A stretch of 64,000 nt of DNA from Bugula neritina (Eukaryota; Animalia; Bryozoa), in NCBI GenBank assembly GCA_964035545.1, contig OZ037772.1, positions 7,114,889-7,178,888 of the forward strand, read 5' to 3'. The notes below the pieces were generated by a model that was given only the letters and a program-made list of their open reading frames with translations, was not told where the DNA came from and searched no databases. Numbering within the stretch: the first letter of the stretch is position 1; each line of letters opens with the position of its first letter. This document shows positions 29,901-42,740 of this stretch, in pieces. The translations under genes were made by a program, and so were the position numbers.

Positions 29901-32900
29901 GTTACTCCCACTTGGCTACTCAGGAACTGTTTCGACGGGTTGCAGGACGAGTGGTCTGAGGAAGAGGTGGGGTAAGACCCAGAGTCTGTTTGTTTGTTTG
30001 TCGGACGCGGGCCCCGCTCAAACTCAAGGCTTGAGAAGTGTTATCTGCAGAGATAGGTAACACTAAAAGAGTTCAACCCTACAGTAGCAGATATTTTTTG
30101 CCTGGTAAAATAGCGGGCAAAACTGCTATCTTCTTGCTGGATTCAAAGTGTGCTACAAACCTCTTAAGCCATTGTCTCTGACACACTCAGCACACGAGAC
30201 CAGGCGGACCTGAAGCCATATAAGAGTGAACATGGTTGGTGGATGGGTCATGTTTACCCTTCAACAGCATCATTGACCTGGCTTTAAGAGTTCAAGATCG
30301 AGTGATCTATGAGAAAATTATCATCAGCCAGATTAAGAAGGACGCCATTTTAGTTAAGTATCTGGGGCATATTGTTGGCTGCGACGAGGTAGCTACCAAC
30401 CCCGAGAAGGTACAAACAGTTAAAGACTGGGCCACCCCCGCCGCCAGGATCTCACTGGCTACATGTTTTCTGGGACTGACAGGGTAGTATAGGCAGTACA
30501 TACCAGAGTTTTCGGGAATACCGTAGCCGTTAAATCACCTCACTGCAAAGGGGGTCTACTGGCAATGGACCCATGCTGAACCGCAAGCGTGGGATCACCT
30601 CAAAGGTTGCCTGGCAGAAGCACCTATCTTGGCATACCTGGATCCTACTAAGAAATACAACCTGGATATTGACGCCAGTGACCACAATATGGGGGCAGCA
30701 CTGTCGCAAATCCAGGATGGAAAGGGGTGGTCGTCGCTTACTACAGCAAAGCTCTTTCCGCTGCCAAAAAGAATTACTCTACCACCAGGAAATAACTCCT
30801 GGCAATAACCAAGGTTTTTAAGCAATTAGGCCATATCTGTATGAGATGATGTCCTGTCTCTGGATGGATCATGCCTTGATAATACGGTTGTGTAAAAGAG
30901 CTTAACCCTCCAGTCCAGTAGCACGATTGCTCGAAATCTTGGTCGAGTTCTCCTACCGGATTGAACACCGACCCGGGAAAAGGCACGGTAATGTGGATGG
31001 GCTACGCCGGTTTTTTAAAGGAGGGTGCAAACAATGCTTAAAAATTGAGCAGAGAAATGGGAGGCTCTCATGCTCTGACATTGCGGCACAGTTTGGATCG
31101 GCCGGAAGTTACAGCTGGGAGCAAGGTCAGCTTACGACCCGCTCTCATATGGGTACTGTAAACGCTCTGCCGCAGATTATGCACACATCACACAGTACGC
31201 CTGACTCCAGCACTTTTGAAACTCCCAACTTTTGGATGCTAGGTTGAGAGACCGGAGTTCCAGACCACCTGACTTTTCATGTTTCAGCCCAAGAAAACTC
31301 AGTTCACGGGTATGTGGGGGAGCTGATAGAGCACATAGAGCACAAGATGTTTAAGTTTGAACTCTGATTTTATATGTTTACTAATAAAAAGCCTGCAATT
31401 ACACATGAATGTTATTTGGTTGAAAATAGCTTACCTCTTTGTATCAGAGTTGGAGGATCAGCAAGTTCACAACCATTCAGCTTATCTGCATCATGTCTGC
31501 TCAGCTCTTCTGTTATTCTCCTTTTTTGGCTGATCTTCTCAGTCACATGGCCATTTATCAGGAGACGGTTCAACTCAGCTTGAGTTTTTTTTAATTCATC
31601 TTCTTTATTTAGCATCTTGTTGTGAGAGCTTTCCACCTGATTGGTCACTCTTTTGCTATGATCTGTAACTTTGTCTATCATCTCTTGACTCTCATCCGTT
31701 ATTCTTCGTATCTAAAATTTAATCAATGTCTTACTACAATTGCTTGTTAGCTAGCTTTCAGGAAACTGAGCGATGCATTTGATGTTGGAAACGAGCTTTG
31801 AATTATTGCAACTCATATACATAAAACATAAAGCTGTAGATAATATTTTGCAATAAGTGACTATACAACCATATATATAAAGAGTTCCATATATAATCAG
31901 ATTATTTGTCACAGTTTTTGAAAACTCGTACAGTCCAGATTTCAACATTGCATTATTACATCAATATTATTTTTTGGTCTTTAAAAGACTATTGATTTCA
32001 TTGTATAATTGTGACTAATTTGACGACTTTCACCAAACAATTTCGTGACTAAATCCTCACCATCTCATCCCTAACTCTTTCTATCTCTATTATAGTATCT
32101 CCACATTTCTCTCCCTGAACATCCAACTCTCTCCAAGCCTTCTTGTCCAGGGAATACACTTCATCTATCTTCTGTGAAGTTGTCTCTAGCTTCCCTCTGA
32201 GATATTCATTTACTTCCACTTTCAGGGATGTAAGAGACTTAAAGTCATGTTGACCTCCATCTGAAATGTACAGCCATATCTTACCACAGTGCTTTTTTAT
32301 TATAGTCAGTATATGAAAAACTATCATACTCTATTTTTGATCAAAGTACATGGTATAAGTATAATCTTGAAATATGATTGTAAGCAACCATTGTGGTCAA
32401 TGTTATAGCTGTACTAATTGAATCTTTATAAAGCTACTGTATATATTTTCTGTTTTGAAGTTGTGTTTGCTGTGATTAGTTGTGTTTTCCAAATAAGGAT
32501 GTATCGTTGAACTTTACATATAATATTTGTTATAGTGGCGCATTGAAAACAAAAGTTGCCTTTACACCTTCACGATTTTCAGTCAAAAATTCAATTTGGC
32601 CGGGTAGAAATTTCTCTGAGTTGCATTGCATTGTAGAAGTCACTCGTAAAAAGTTTTGTACTGTGATAACTTAATTGGCCAATTTCAGAACAATACTTAC
32701 AATGACCAATAACTCTTTGTAAACATTGTTATTTAGTTATGATTTTGGCGATTAGATGGTGTACTTGTATTTTATTAATTATATCACCTACGCCTTCTCA
32801 GTTGTCGCTTTTATGCTGTCAACTTCACTAATTCACGATGTTTACAAAGGGCATCAAATAGCGAGTAGGCAAATCAATTTTTAATTTTAGAAAGTGGGCT

Positions 32901-35900
32901 TCCGCATCAATATGATTTCAACCCGGGGAAGCATTATTAACTTAAACCCGGTACTTTTTTTTTTCGGCAGAGGTAGAAACGCAACTTAAGCCTATGATAA
33001 TAGCCTATTAGATATGGAAGCTATCTGTTACCAGGAGTCATCACACTAGCCATTGCATAGCCAATATAGCTACAAGCAGCCAACTGATATAAACCATGAT
33101 GAACCTAGTGAAGGGCTCTTGCATTTTGAAGCTTCGGTGAGTAACTACTATATAGTAATCTAACAATATTATTACGTGTTGAGAAAATTGAAAATTTAAG
33201 CAAAGTGAATGACCGCCCAGTAAAAGATAGACAAGCACCTACGTAGTTGACAGAGTTTATGTGGATGAATAAATGTTTTTTTATATTGTATGTTTGTTTG
33301 ATCTGATAAGATCAGGAAGAAATGCAATGTGCAGGATCGTTGCATTATGCAGTTATATTCTATACTATATTTATGCTGTTTTTCTTTTACGTTTTAAATA
33401 GCCCTTATCTTTGTGGTGGTTTTGCAAGCAACCAGTGCGAGCAATGTTATAGCCACAATAATTGAATCTTTATGAAACTACTGTATATATTTTCAGTCTT
33501 GAAGATGTGTTTGCTGCTATTAGTTGTGTTTTTTAAATAAGGAAATGTCATTGAACTTTACGTATTGTGATAGTTTTGTGGGTTGAAAACAATGAATTGG
33601 TAAGCATAACTCTTTGTAGGTGAAAAGAGAGAACAGAGAGTGCTTTTTCCAGATATATAAGTCTTTATTAGGTAGTGAGTATCTCATAATCTTTATCCTA
33701 TGGCCATACTCAGTGAGCTCCAGTGGTACACTGATTGTATACAGGAAATTTGCCTCTGTATATACTCTAAAAACTGCAGCACAAATTTTGGAGCTTCGAA
33801 AATTGGACATGTTCGAATTCTAAAATATTCTACTGATCTTTGGCCAAAATTTGAACCACCAAACTTTGGGTGCAGCTATCGGACGCCCACACTTCGGTCC
33901 CTTCCAACTTTTGGTCAAAAAATGGTTAACAGTACACAAAAAAAACTGGACAAGCAAAACAAATAATTACGTCATGGGGCTAAAAATTAACTATACTAAT
34001 AGTAGTTGAAGTATTCAAAAAATCAGGCCGAGAGTTTAACAATGAAATTACTGTTGGTTAATGTTAACGCTCCCCCTATCAAAAGCTACCTCTTTGTCAA
34101 TAAAAATAAAATAACAAAACAAAATTGACTTTTCACCCAAATGAAAATAAAACTCACACTAATACACAATACACAATAACATACTAATATACAAGAAAGA
34201 ATGCTAACTATGTCAAAACAGTCTACAACCAGTAACAGGCAAGATTAAAAACCAAATAAAATTAAAACAAATTGTACATATGGAAATGATATTTGCACAC
34301 ACAGAAGGAAAAATGTCAATAACCTTTCCTTTCTAAGCAACAGACACGCTGTTTGATGTAGGCCCGCTCGTTTTCACAGTGACGCATATGTCACCTTAGG
34401 TTGTGTACTTCTTCTTTGAGCTCCGCATCAACTGCCCCTTCATCCAGGATGGTTTGTTCCTCTCCTGCAGAAAGCTGGAGGTCTACGGGATTAGAAACAG
34501 ACTCACCTGAAGTGATGAGGAAGTAGAATTCATTTTCTTAGGACCCCTCAGGCTAATACTAGCAGTACCAGGGTCCTGGTCTAGTGTGGAAAGGACTGGA
34601 GTCAGAACGACTCGGCCCTGCCTCGTCATATTCCATGCTAGAATATGTAATAGACAGCATAGGCTGATTGACGCTGGATTTGCTTATGCCAAATTTTGGC
34701 ATGCTCTTGTAAGGAGCCATTCTATACACAGGAGGCTCAAGCATACCCAGGAGAGTTGCCAAATCTCCCTCCTGCTCCAGGAGATAGTCATGAAGAGGTT
34801 TCCATCCCAGTTCTGCCTGAGCAGTCGCAATGATTTTGTCTCGATATGACCAGCAGAGGAAGTCTGGCTAAACTCCAAAAGTGGAGATCTAGCCCTAAAG
34901 AAATATCTGGCTGACTATTTGTTTATTGGTTTTGGCTTGTAGTGACTCCCATGTAGTAGATTTCAAAGTCAGAGAAAGCTTTTCTGTTCATTGTTAAATT
35001 TGGAATGAAAATGACTAAACCGAGTGTTGTCAGAATTTCATATGACAACCCCGCAGTCACATGTCTGGTTACCTAATTCCTTAAATTTTGGAGAGACAAC
35101 TGTGACAATTAGAGTTTCTCCAACTTCTAAGGCTGCTTCGTAGTAACTCCATGGAAATTTCTTACACTTCCAAGGTTATTCCGAGTATGAAATTTGGAGC
35201 ATTTACACGTACTGAGCGCAGTACTTCTCCCTGCTTGTCTCTTCCTTCTTTGTAGTTCCAGGTGGCAACAATGGTGGTCAGTCAGGTAGCCAGGGGTCTT
35301 TTAATACATAGGCCTCTCTCTAGATCTGCTTTGGTAACCTGAGGTAATAGAACACATGTTGGTTCTGGGCCCTGACTACTCTGGAGGCTGATGCATCTGC
35401 AACAGCCAAGGCGTCTGCCCTCCGTGTGAAGTTATCTATGAGCACCAGAAACTAGGTGCTTGCTCTGGCAGATAACAGCATAGGTCTGATTATATCTACC
35501 CCCACTATTTGCCACGGTCGACCAGTGTACAACCGGCATCGACCAGTGGTTTCCGTAAAGCGGCCGTGTTCGCTAGCTTGGCAGACCTTGCATTGCCGTA
35601 TCTGCAGTCGCACATCCTGAGTCATTCCAGGCCAGTACCACGGCAGCTGTAGACGTCTGATGACCCAACTTGCCCCAGCATGGGCCTGTTTATGGGTGTC
35701 CTAGATCAAATCTCGTCAAAAAGCGCGTGGACAAGACACCTGTTCTCTTTTCTGGTGACGGGTGTCAGCTGCCAGCAAAATGGTCAGTAGGCCATCCTGA
35801 TTGATCTTCAGGGAGCCCCAGCAATGGCAGAGATGTTGGAACTCAACATTTCCCTGTTGCTGCTGCTCCTCGCTAGATCGTTGTCACTTCTTCTTGGCCT

Positions 35901-38782
35901 GGGAGATGCCAGCAACCGCACCTGTTAGCATCTTCTTTAGTCAGCACAGCTTCTTGAAGTTTTGGCACGTAGTGGGGTTAACAATGTCTGAGTGGGTTTC
36001 GAACCAAAGATTGCTGTGCTCTCAGCTATAGACGCCTCCTCCCGCAACTGCTCCTTAACGTCAAAGCGAACGGGTCTCTCTCTATGTGCAGGAACTGCTT
36101 ACCGTCCTCCTTCGACCGGCAACTAATACCGTCGGCATTCTTGTGCTTCTCTCCACCACAATGCTCTATCCCGTAGGAGAACTCAGCAAGGATCTTCAAC
36201 CAACAAGCCACCTTACTCAAAAGTTCAGAATGCTTACACAGCCACATCAGTGATGCATGGCCTGTTTGTAATCTAAACGTTCTCCAATACAAATGTGGCC
36301 AAAAGTGCTTGACTGTCTTGACTACCGCTTGGAGCTTATTCTTAGCGGTGCAGTAGTTCTTCTCTGTGGTCGAGAGAGTTTTGTTGTAGTAAGTCACTAC
36401 CAGCTCTGTTTCACACTGGACTTGGGACAGGGCAGCCCTGCGGATATACTCCTGGGCCGAGTCTGAGTATGCCAAGATGAGTGCTTCCACTAGCCGGTCC
36501 TTGAGATGATCGAATGCCCGTCGCTTCTCCGGTGTTCACTGCCACCAGACCCCCTTGGCAGTTAGTCGATTGGAAAGCTGCGCCACTCCCGGTATATACT
36601 ATAAAAATTAGAGCATGCCAAATTTCAGAGCTCAGAAATTTAGCGCGCTCCAATTTTCAAAATATTCTACCGATCTTCACCGAAAATTTAACACTGGAAC
36701 TTTAGGCGCACCTATGAGAGGCCCCAATTTTGGTACCTTCTGACTTTTGGTCAAAAATTGGTTTCCAGCACACAAAAAAGTAGACAGGTAAAAGCAAACA
36801 ATAATTTACACCAGTGGCTTACCTATATTAATAGTAGTTAAATTATTCAGAAAATTACGCCAAAAGTTTAACAATGCAATTGCACTCAATTAATGTGTTC
36901 TAGCACTTTCCAGAATATAATGTAATGATAACTCCCAAAATCTACCACAGTATTATAATATTATTACAATGATGTTTGGCTAGCTTAGATAATACACACA
37001 GTATTAGAATTTTATTGTACTCAAAACACTCTAAATAGTAAAGTAACGTCTCAACTAGAAAGAGTAAACAAAACAACTGACTTTAAAATGTGCTTTTTCG
37101 ACAATAAAGAAAAACACTAGAGCAATTTTTCATTTCATTGAAATATATGTTCAAATTTTGCCATCTACAAAAAAAAGAAGAAAGAAATTTTTTAAATCTC
37201 TTAATTTCTGAAGGCCAAAACTAATGCTACTCGGTCGGTGTGAAGTGTTATAAGTCTCTCAATCTCAGTTTATGTGTGCAAAATAAGATAAGGCTACATG
37301 ATTGGAGCCCTTAGACATAACTTTCCTCTTCTGTTGTAATAGCTATTTCTAGAACATTAGCAGGATTTGCTCATACACCACAGTTTTTAATTACAAACGT
37401 TACAGACATTTCTTGTAGCTCAACTACTTGTATCAGCTTTTTAAAAGCCACCATTGTTTTATTAACATTCATTATGAAGTAGTTAGAGTAACTGAAGAAC
37501 TTTACATGCGCTATAGTCAGCTCAACAAATACAGCTAGTGATACTGTAAGAAGGACCAAATAGCACTTCAACTTCTGTGGTTTATTAGCAACTGCTCAAT
37601 AACCAATAACCTGGAATAATTAACTTTCCTAAACAGTTGGTAAGTTACTACAATATTACCTGTGCAATCGTATCCATCAATCTCACACTCAAAGCAAATC
37701 AGTTTATCACATTTCTTGCAAGCTCTCACCAGAACCTCTTTATGATGTTCACATGTAGGTTGATGGAAGTTTGTTGGTGAGCTCTTGTAGATATCAATAC
37801 CCACTACTTTGTGGGCCTCACCAAGAAATGTCTTATGGACCTATAGCAATATTATAAAAAGAAACTAAAAAAAAACATATCTACATTAGCAAAATTATAA
37901 AATAATCAAATTCATTAACACATGTACATATCCATACATCAAAACCTGTACTATAGCATGTTATTGAATTCACTCATATATTATTTTGTCTGTAACGCAA
38001 GTGGAATCATAAATAATATTTCAATAATTTCAATGAATCAATTTGGAGATACAGTAGTTGAACTATACCTGCTGATGTTGAATACAAAACATAACTTCAC
38101 ACTTCACACAGTAGCATGTAGCTATTTGACCTTGACATCCATGAGCTGTACAATACAGCGTACCAGAATCATCAGTTTCTCGGACAGCCTTCAGTAAACC
38201 TTCAAACTCTAGTGAGACATAAACCTCCCTGTAACATATTATCGAGTTAAGTATACAGCTTTCAAACATTTGTATGTGCAGGACACTTAAAAAATATCTT
38301 ACAATTAGCTACAGCCCATCCTATAATCACTTGTTGGCTCTACATAATTGTTTAAAATCGGAATTTCTGACAAGGTTATTTTAAATTACTCAATATATAA
38401 TTAAGCAACTCACGCAAAGACAATTTGGTGTAGCAATTTCAAAAAAGATTAATATAGAGTTTGACGCTTTGTACTAAACTTTCAGCAGATACTTTTTCAG
38501 TTCTCCCAAATACTGCCTCTATATCTCCCCCTACAGGTGCCTAAAAGGTTATAGTATAATTTGTAATATGGGCTATATAGGAAAAAACATGTATGCTGTA
38601 CATAACACTCACCCACAAGTTTTAATAGGGCAGGTCACAGTTCTATGTTTACTGTAATGTCCTTGAATACAAGTCAAACAGAATACATGCTGACAAGGCA
38701 GCTCTCTTGGATCTCTCATGTCATCCCTCTTAGAGGCACAATAACCACACTCATACCATTCTGGTAGTTGCTGGGCAGCCAT
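17902..38782 (-). CDS. TRIM-like E3 ligase paralogue 2 (~595 aa: RING-Bbox1-Bbox2-coiled coil-NHL-like beta-propeller); exons 38782-38613, 38228-38069, 37840-37660, 32260-32061, 31711-31435, 19406-18735, 18029-17902
   Basis: C3HC4 RING (CGYC...LPCQHVFCLTC...CPIKTC), B-box1 (CTAHGC...CVKCEVMFCIQH...H), B-box2 (CEHH...CKKCDKLICFEC...H). All six introns are GT-AG with compatible phases; 1788 nt open frame. Confidence 0.88.
20694..21583 (-). pseudogene. Polinton fibre-like repeat protein (six ~40-aa repeats)
   Basis: LDMGVNKISRVVDPADTQDAA-KKYVD motif followed by ~120-bp tandem repeats encoding KLTIST..G.V.DS.LKVD.V.TK. Frameshift in the T-run at ~21400 and an in-frame stop at ~21237. Confidence 0.62.
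21600..22571 (-). pseudogene. Cluster of small decayed Polinton ORFs (starts 22571, 22523, 22089), two of them mutually related
   Basis: All start at TAAATG. Motifs GNEHNVPYIKI and GDAHNIPYVEV are related. Internal stops and frameshifts are present. Confidence 0.5.
22575..22968 (-). pseudogene. Adenain-like cysteine (capsid maturation) protease of Polinton
   Basis: Read across frameshifts: FRGLFSKDELP...ILNLDD...GTHWVAW...YFDSFG..PP...Q...TVICGHLCL. Its ATG overlaps the pPolB TGA (ATGA). Confidence 0.88.
22965..26616 (-). pseudogene. Protein-primed family B DNA polymerase (pPolB), multiply frameshifted
   Basis: VIYADFE (ExoI), RVRDHCHLTG.YRGAAH..CN (endonuclease-VII-like insert), GYDSHLFIK, YLDANNLYGWAM, KLMNN.FGK, FTDTDSL and DDKR motifs appear in the correct order. 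The N-terminus has a Rho_N-like helix-extension-helix (MTVKNLKVLAKQRGLKLYSQLTKAEL). Confidence 0.95.
26689..26961 (-). CDS. Small Polinton ORF with a Rho_N-like motif (ELENVIKYYGIKGYSRRKK)
   Basis: ATG at 26961 lies within the tracked ORF 26689-27120; the motif resembles the pPolB N-terminus. Confidence 0.45.
   Translation of the reverse strand: MEWNTVIVELIVRAEQKQYVKLTKQNVAALIEPPSSFDNNMKLGIKRKISCCMNGNELENVIKYYGIKGYSRRKKFKVQEILACTFNINE
27009..27443 (+). pseudogene. Polinton hydrophobic-hairpin protein (gasderminX-like in adintovirus nomenclature)
   Basis: Coiled coil...KKY, then a Gly-rich hydrophobic segment, then after a frameshift KINAMLSKFLNADYIDDSEY. This matches my recollection of the conserved Polinton ORF. 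Confidence 0.55.
27605..27924 (-). pseudogene. C-terminal remnant of a Gly-rich Polinton core/pVI-like protein
   Basis: An amphipathic VLPSLAKIIPSVLSG segment and repeated G.GLYLK motifs. It is joined to the truncated penton gene, implying an internal deletion near 27925. Confidence 0.45.
27925..28374 (-). pseudogene. Polinton minor capsid protein (penton), C-terminally truncated
   Basis: LLKQIV.NTAPK...NPPIKLD...LETYYSFPNID...W....LP.G.YELEDI pattern; the start codon reads ATA at 28374. Confidence 0.82.
28389..28795 (-). pseudogene. Polinton major capsid protein (double jelly-roll), C-terminal fragment
   Basis: NPALFDHVNV...LNSE*YP...LFVIDVSKQSE.LK....DI.....F..NVPANTQAYALIL.D. It is cut at ~28795 by Gypsy sequence. 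Confidence 0.85.
28800..31320 (+). mobile_element. Ty3/Gypsy LTR retrotransposon remnant 1 (gag, protease, partial RT, RNase H)
   Basis: PFFSGEEDVEQFI gag, FLLDS protease, KYLGHIV...NPEKV RT end, LDIDASD and IEHRPGKRHGNVDGL RNase H. Many stops and large deletions. Confidence 0.88.
32399..33563. repeat. Diverged ~125-bp direct repeat pair (32399-32520 / 33443-33563)
   Basis: Both copies read AATGTTATAGC...TAATTGAATCTTTAT.AA.CTACTGTATATATTTTC...TGTGTTTGCTG...TTAGTTGTGTTTT..AAATAAGGA...TTGAACTTTAC; probably old LTR/TE fragments. Confidence 0.7.
33758..36949 (-). mobile_element. Ty3/Gypsy remnant 2 (RNase H, integrase Zn-binding region) between diverged LTR-like repeats 33758-34070 and 36592-36949, in intron 3 of TRIM copy 2
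   Basis: EKNYCT...KHFWPHL...IEH..G.KH.NADG.S and H...H.G......LQ..WYWPGM..DV......C..CQ motifs. The flanking repeats align with each other and partly with the LTR start near 50603/60706. Confidence 0.8.
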
Positions 38783-39453
38783 CTTTATTATTCTCTAAAC
38801 TATGTTAACAAAGAACTGACATTACTTTAAATAGTTTTTAGCTTGCACATGTTTTACCTGTTACTATAACAACAGAAAATCTTAAAAACTCACCTTTTTA
38901 GATTTTGGATCAAATTACACTAAGTATAGGAACATACTGATGCACTTGACTGCATGTGCATTGAGTGAATAAGAAACTGTAAAAGGTGGTTTCTTTTGAA
39001 AATAATGTAATAAAAAGAAACTGCTTTTTACATATTATGTATTGATTGCACAACTCGTGGAGTGTTAACTATGTAAACACATAATTAGCACTCTAATTTC
39101 TAATACTATAGAAGTTGGATCATTAGTATTAGGTCCTCACACATTGAGCTTGTATATAACTGAATTATGTGGGGATTCCTGATTTAAAAGTGGATATATA
39201 TAGAGTTTGGTAGAATTAACCAATAACAGTATGTTACAGCCAAATTATCTTTTTTTATTAGTAAGTGTTGTAAAAAATATTATTCAATTATTCAACCCCC
39301 CCTCCATATGACTATATATAACAGTTCTTATAGATGACATAGCATATTCATGTTATATAAATTTGTATTGAGTTAAGTTATACAAGCAAACTTTGTCACT
39401 AACATTACATTACCATTATTTTTTGTTATTACAAAAAATCTTATAGCTTTGCT

Positions 39454-39871
<418 letters not shown>

Positions 39872-42740
39872 TTTTGCAACTTCAAAGAAATGTTTGTGCT
39901 ACTAGTGAACAGAATAAATAAAAAGTGTTATATAAACCATGCAACAAATTAAAGTACACTAATTACTCCCAGCACTGCTAGTGAAAGATAATTTTCTGTA
40001 TTTAGTCTTTAAACAATAGCCCAGCTTTAAATATACAAATACAAAAAAATTAAAAGAGAAACAATAAGTACAGTAATACCCTTCTAGTAGTTTTTGAGCA
40101 GCCATTAATAATGGATGTATAAATCAAGGAGTTTGAGTAACTTCATGCAGTATAAACATTTTTTTTACAAAATTATGTGAAGCAAATATATCGCCTACCA
40201 GAAGGCAGGTCCTCTACATATAAAAAATTTAAAATGTGTACTTGTACAATACTGCATGCTTTAAACTAACCCTGTTATCCCTTAGAAGAAAAACTATGCT
40301 CAACAAATTTTCAGTAGACTGTAATAATTATGAGCATATGCTACTCTGTATTTTACAATATAGAAGTGGAGCTTTTTGCAGTATGATAAGTTGTAGAAAA
40401 CAACTACTGTTAAGTAAACTGCGTTAAGAGTTGTCATACATATTGAAAAGACTTTCATTAAGACTTAACTATCAGCACCTTGTTCTATTCTATTAAAATA
40501 CTCACCTTTATTTCTCTTACAGTAGCTGTTCTAACTCGTAATCAAGTTTGAACACAAATCAATGCAGCTACTGAAACGTATAGTATGCAGTTTCAGTTTA
40601 TCAATTACATTGTAGCCTCAGCTTCAAATATTATACTAGACTATATGATGATCTATTAGAGTAATATAAGAGGGTTATATCAATCTCTGGTAATCAGGCC
40701 AAATAGGGATGCCCCTTTACCATAATGATTATTGTTCTTGTTCAAATACTGTATTGAGAACTATGTCGTTTTAGCAAGCAAATTATGTGTTTGCCTATAG
40801 ATGCAAGATAAATGTAAGTCAACAGCCAAAAACACTGTAGCCTCTTTTGTTGCTTTTATTCTCAATTATGTGAAAGGAACAGGCGAAGTACTCCTTTGCA
40901 TAAATCTGAAGATGTCAACCCAATTGATAATACTTTCAGCTCAACTTTGCTCATCACTTAAATACCCCGTCAATAAGACTGTACACAAAGAGTGCCAGTT
41001 TTTTAGTTAGTTATTTGAGTACTCAGTTTACTAGCATAACATGCGACTTTTCCTGTGCAATAAGGTTTGAACAGAATAGTCTGCACAATTTCCATTAAGC
41101 TGTGTTGTAGCTGTGTTAGAGCATTTGTAACTTAAAAGCACTTCATAATGTTATGCTTTAGCAGTACAATTAGCAGATTGGCCAATTTCACATCTGCATG
41201 ATTACCTAGCTTAGCTGGTTTTTCAAAAACTCAGGCTGACAAAGAAGCAGTATTTTAAACTGCGTTATTGAATGAAGTTTTACTATATCTTAAGCTTTCA
41301 TTCACATGCAATTGCCATTATAACTAATTAATTCATTTGTTTGAGACGTAAAAATTCCCAAAGCATGGCAATATGCACATTTAAAAAACTATTCTCAAGG
41401 TCACCAGCACTTGCTAGCCCATTTGCAAGTGGTAACATCTTAGTAATAAATAACATAATCAGCATTTGGGAGCAAATCTTATATATACATTGCATTGGCA
41501 AACTAACTGGTATGACATTGCATAACTGTCAGTCATGACTCATGCAAGTATAATTGGTCAGCTATTGATGCATCCACAATATTATAATGCAGTTAGGTAT
41601 TGCATGTGCAGTGTTGAAATAAGAGGACACGTTGCAAAGTTTATGTACAACAAGCTCTGAGTTTTTTGTAAATTTTGCATGTTTTCTTTTTTTTTCAGAT
41701 TAAAGAAGGTTCATTTATATGTGCTTTATAGAGTCGACAAAAAATTTGTTGAATGTTTTATACAAAAAATTCCAGGCTATCAATGATAGTTCTGCACAAT
41801 TTTTCTAAATTCAGAAACTAGTATTATCTCCTCTCCAGTGCCAGGCACAACTCTAGAAGCCCTCTATAGAGCAACTTAAGTACAAAAGCTGTTGATTACC
41901 TACAAATATGTAGTCAAAATTAAACCAATTGGTGCACTAATAATAGCATTACTTAAAAGACATTATTTTTAATTATACTACTATTATAGAAAAACTATAA
42001 TAGAAATAAGAACAAAAAATCTAACATAATAATGATACTTTTACTATCTTCATCGAAACCAGCTTCTAACTATGTTATCATCTTAACGGTCTTCTTGTTA
42101 CATGTGAGTAATAAATTAATTAGTTAATAGATGAGCTCTACTTTAGCAAACATATGTTTTGTGAATTCATGAGATAATTAAAGCTCAGTATAGGTTTGCA
42201 ATAAACATAAACACAAATATTTCACTTCTATTCCATTTTATGTCAAATGAATGTTTATTTGAATAAGTTAAATCAAGACATTACTAAAGTACTATTTATA
42301 TAAGTCATTTGTGGATTAAAATATATTTTCGACAAACAGATAATTTTGTAACAAACCATTGTCACCCCTGGGCAACCAAGTTAAAGTCTGAGCTTTGTGT
42401 TACCTAAAATATGTTAGAATTCAAATCAAATTATCTTCATTCTTTTAGTATAGATGTTTATCAATAGATATAAATTATATATATTGTATGTATTAAACAG
42501 ACAATTAGCATCTGTACAGACGCTGCATGTAGGTATTAATTAAACTTCCACATGAAAAAATGCAATCATATATTTTGACCAAGTGCTTAGGGTAAACTTG
42601 GTTGCCATTATATAGTATCATAATATTCTTGGCAAATGGCACTAAATCCACAAGAAATGGCTATATATAAATATAATCAAATTCTGAGTATAGTTAAAAG
42701 TTTATATGTATAATTTACTTCACAGCTGTGCAGTTTACAT

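Noticed and set aside
39950-42700. Possible gene between TRIM copies 2 and 3
   Set aside because: Only short ORFs without motifs and no consistent exon chain; probably 3' UTR or intergenic DNA.
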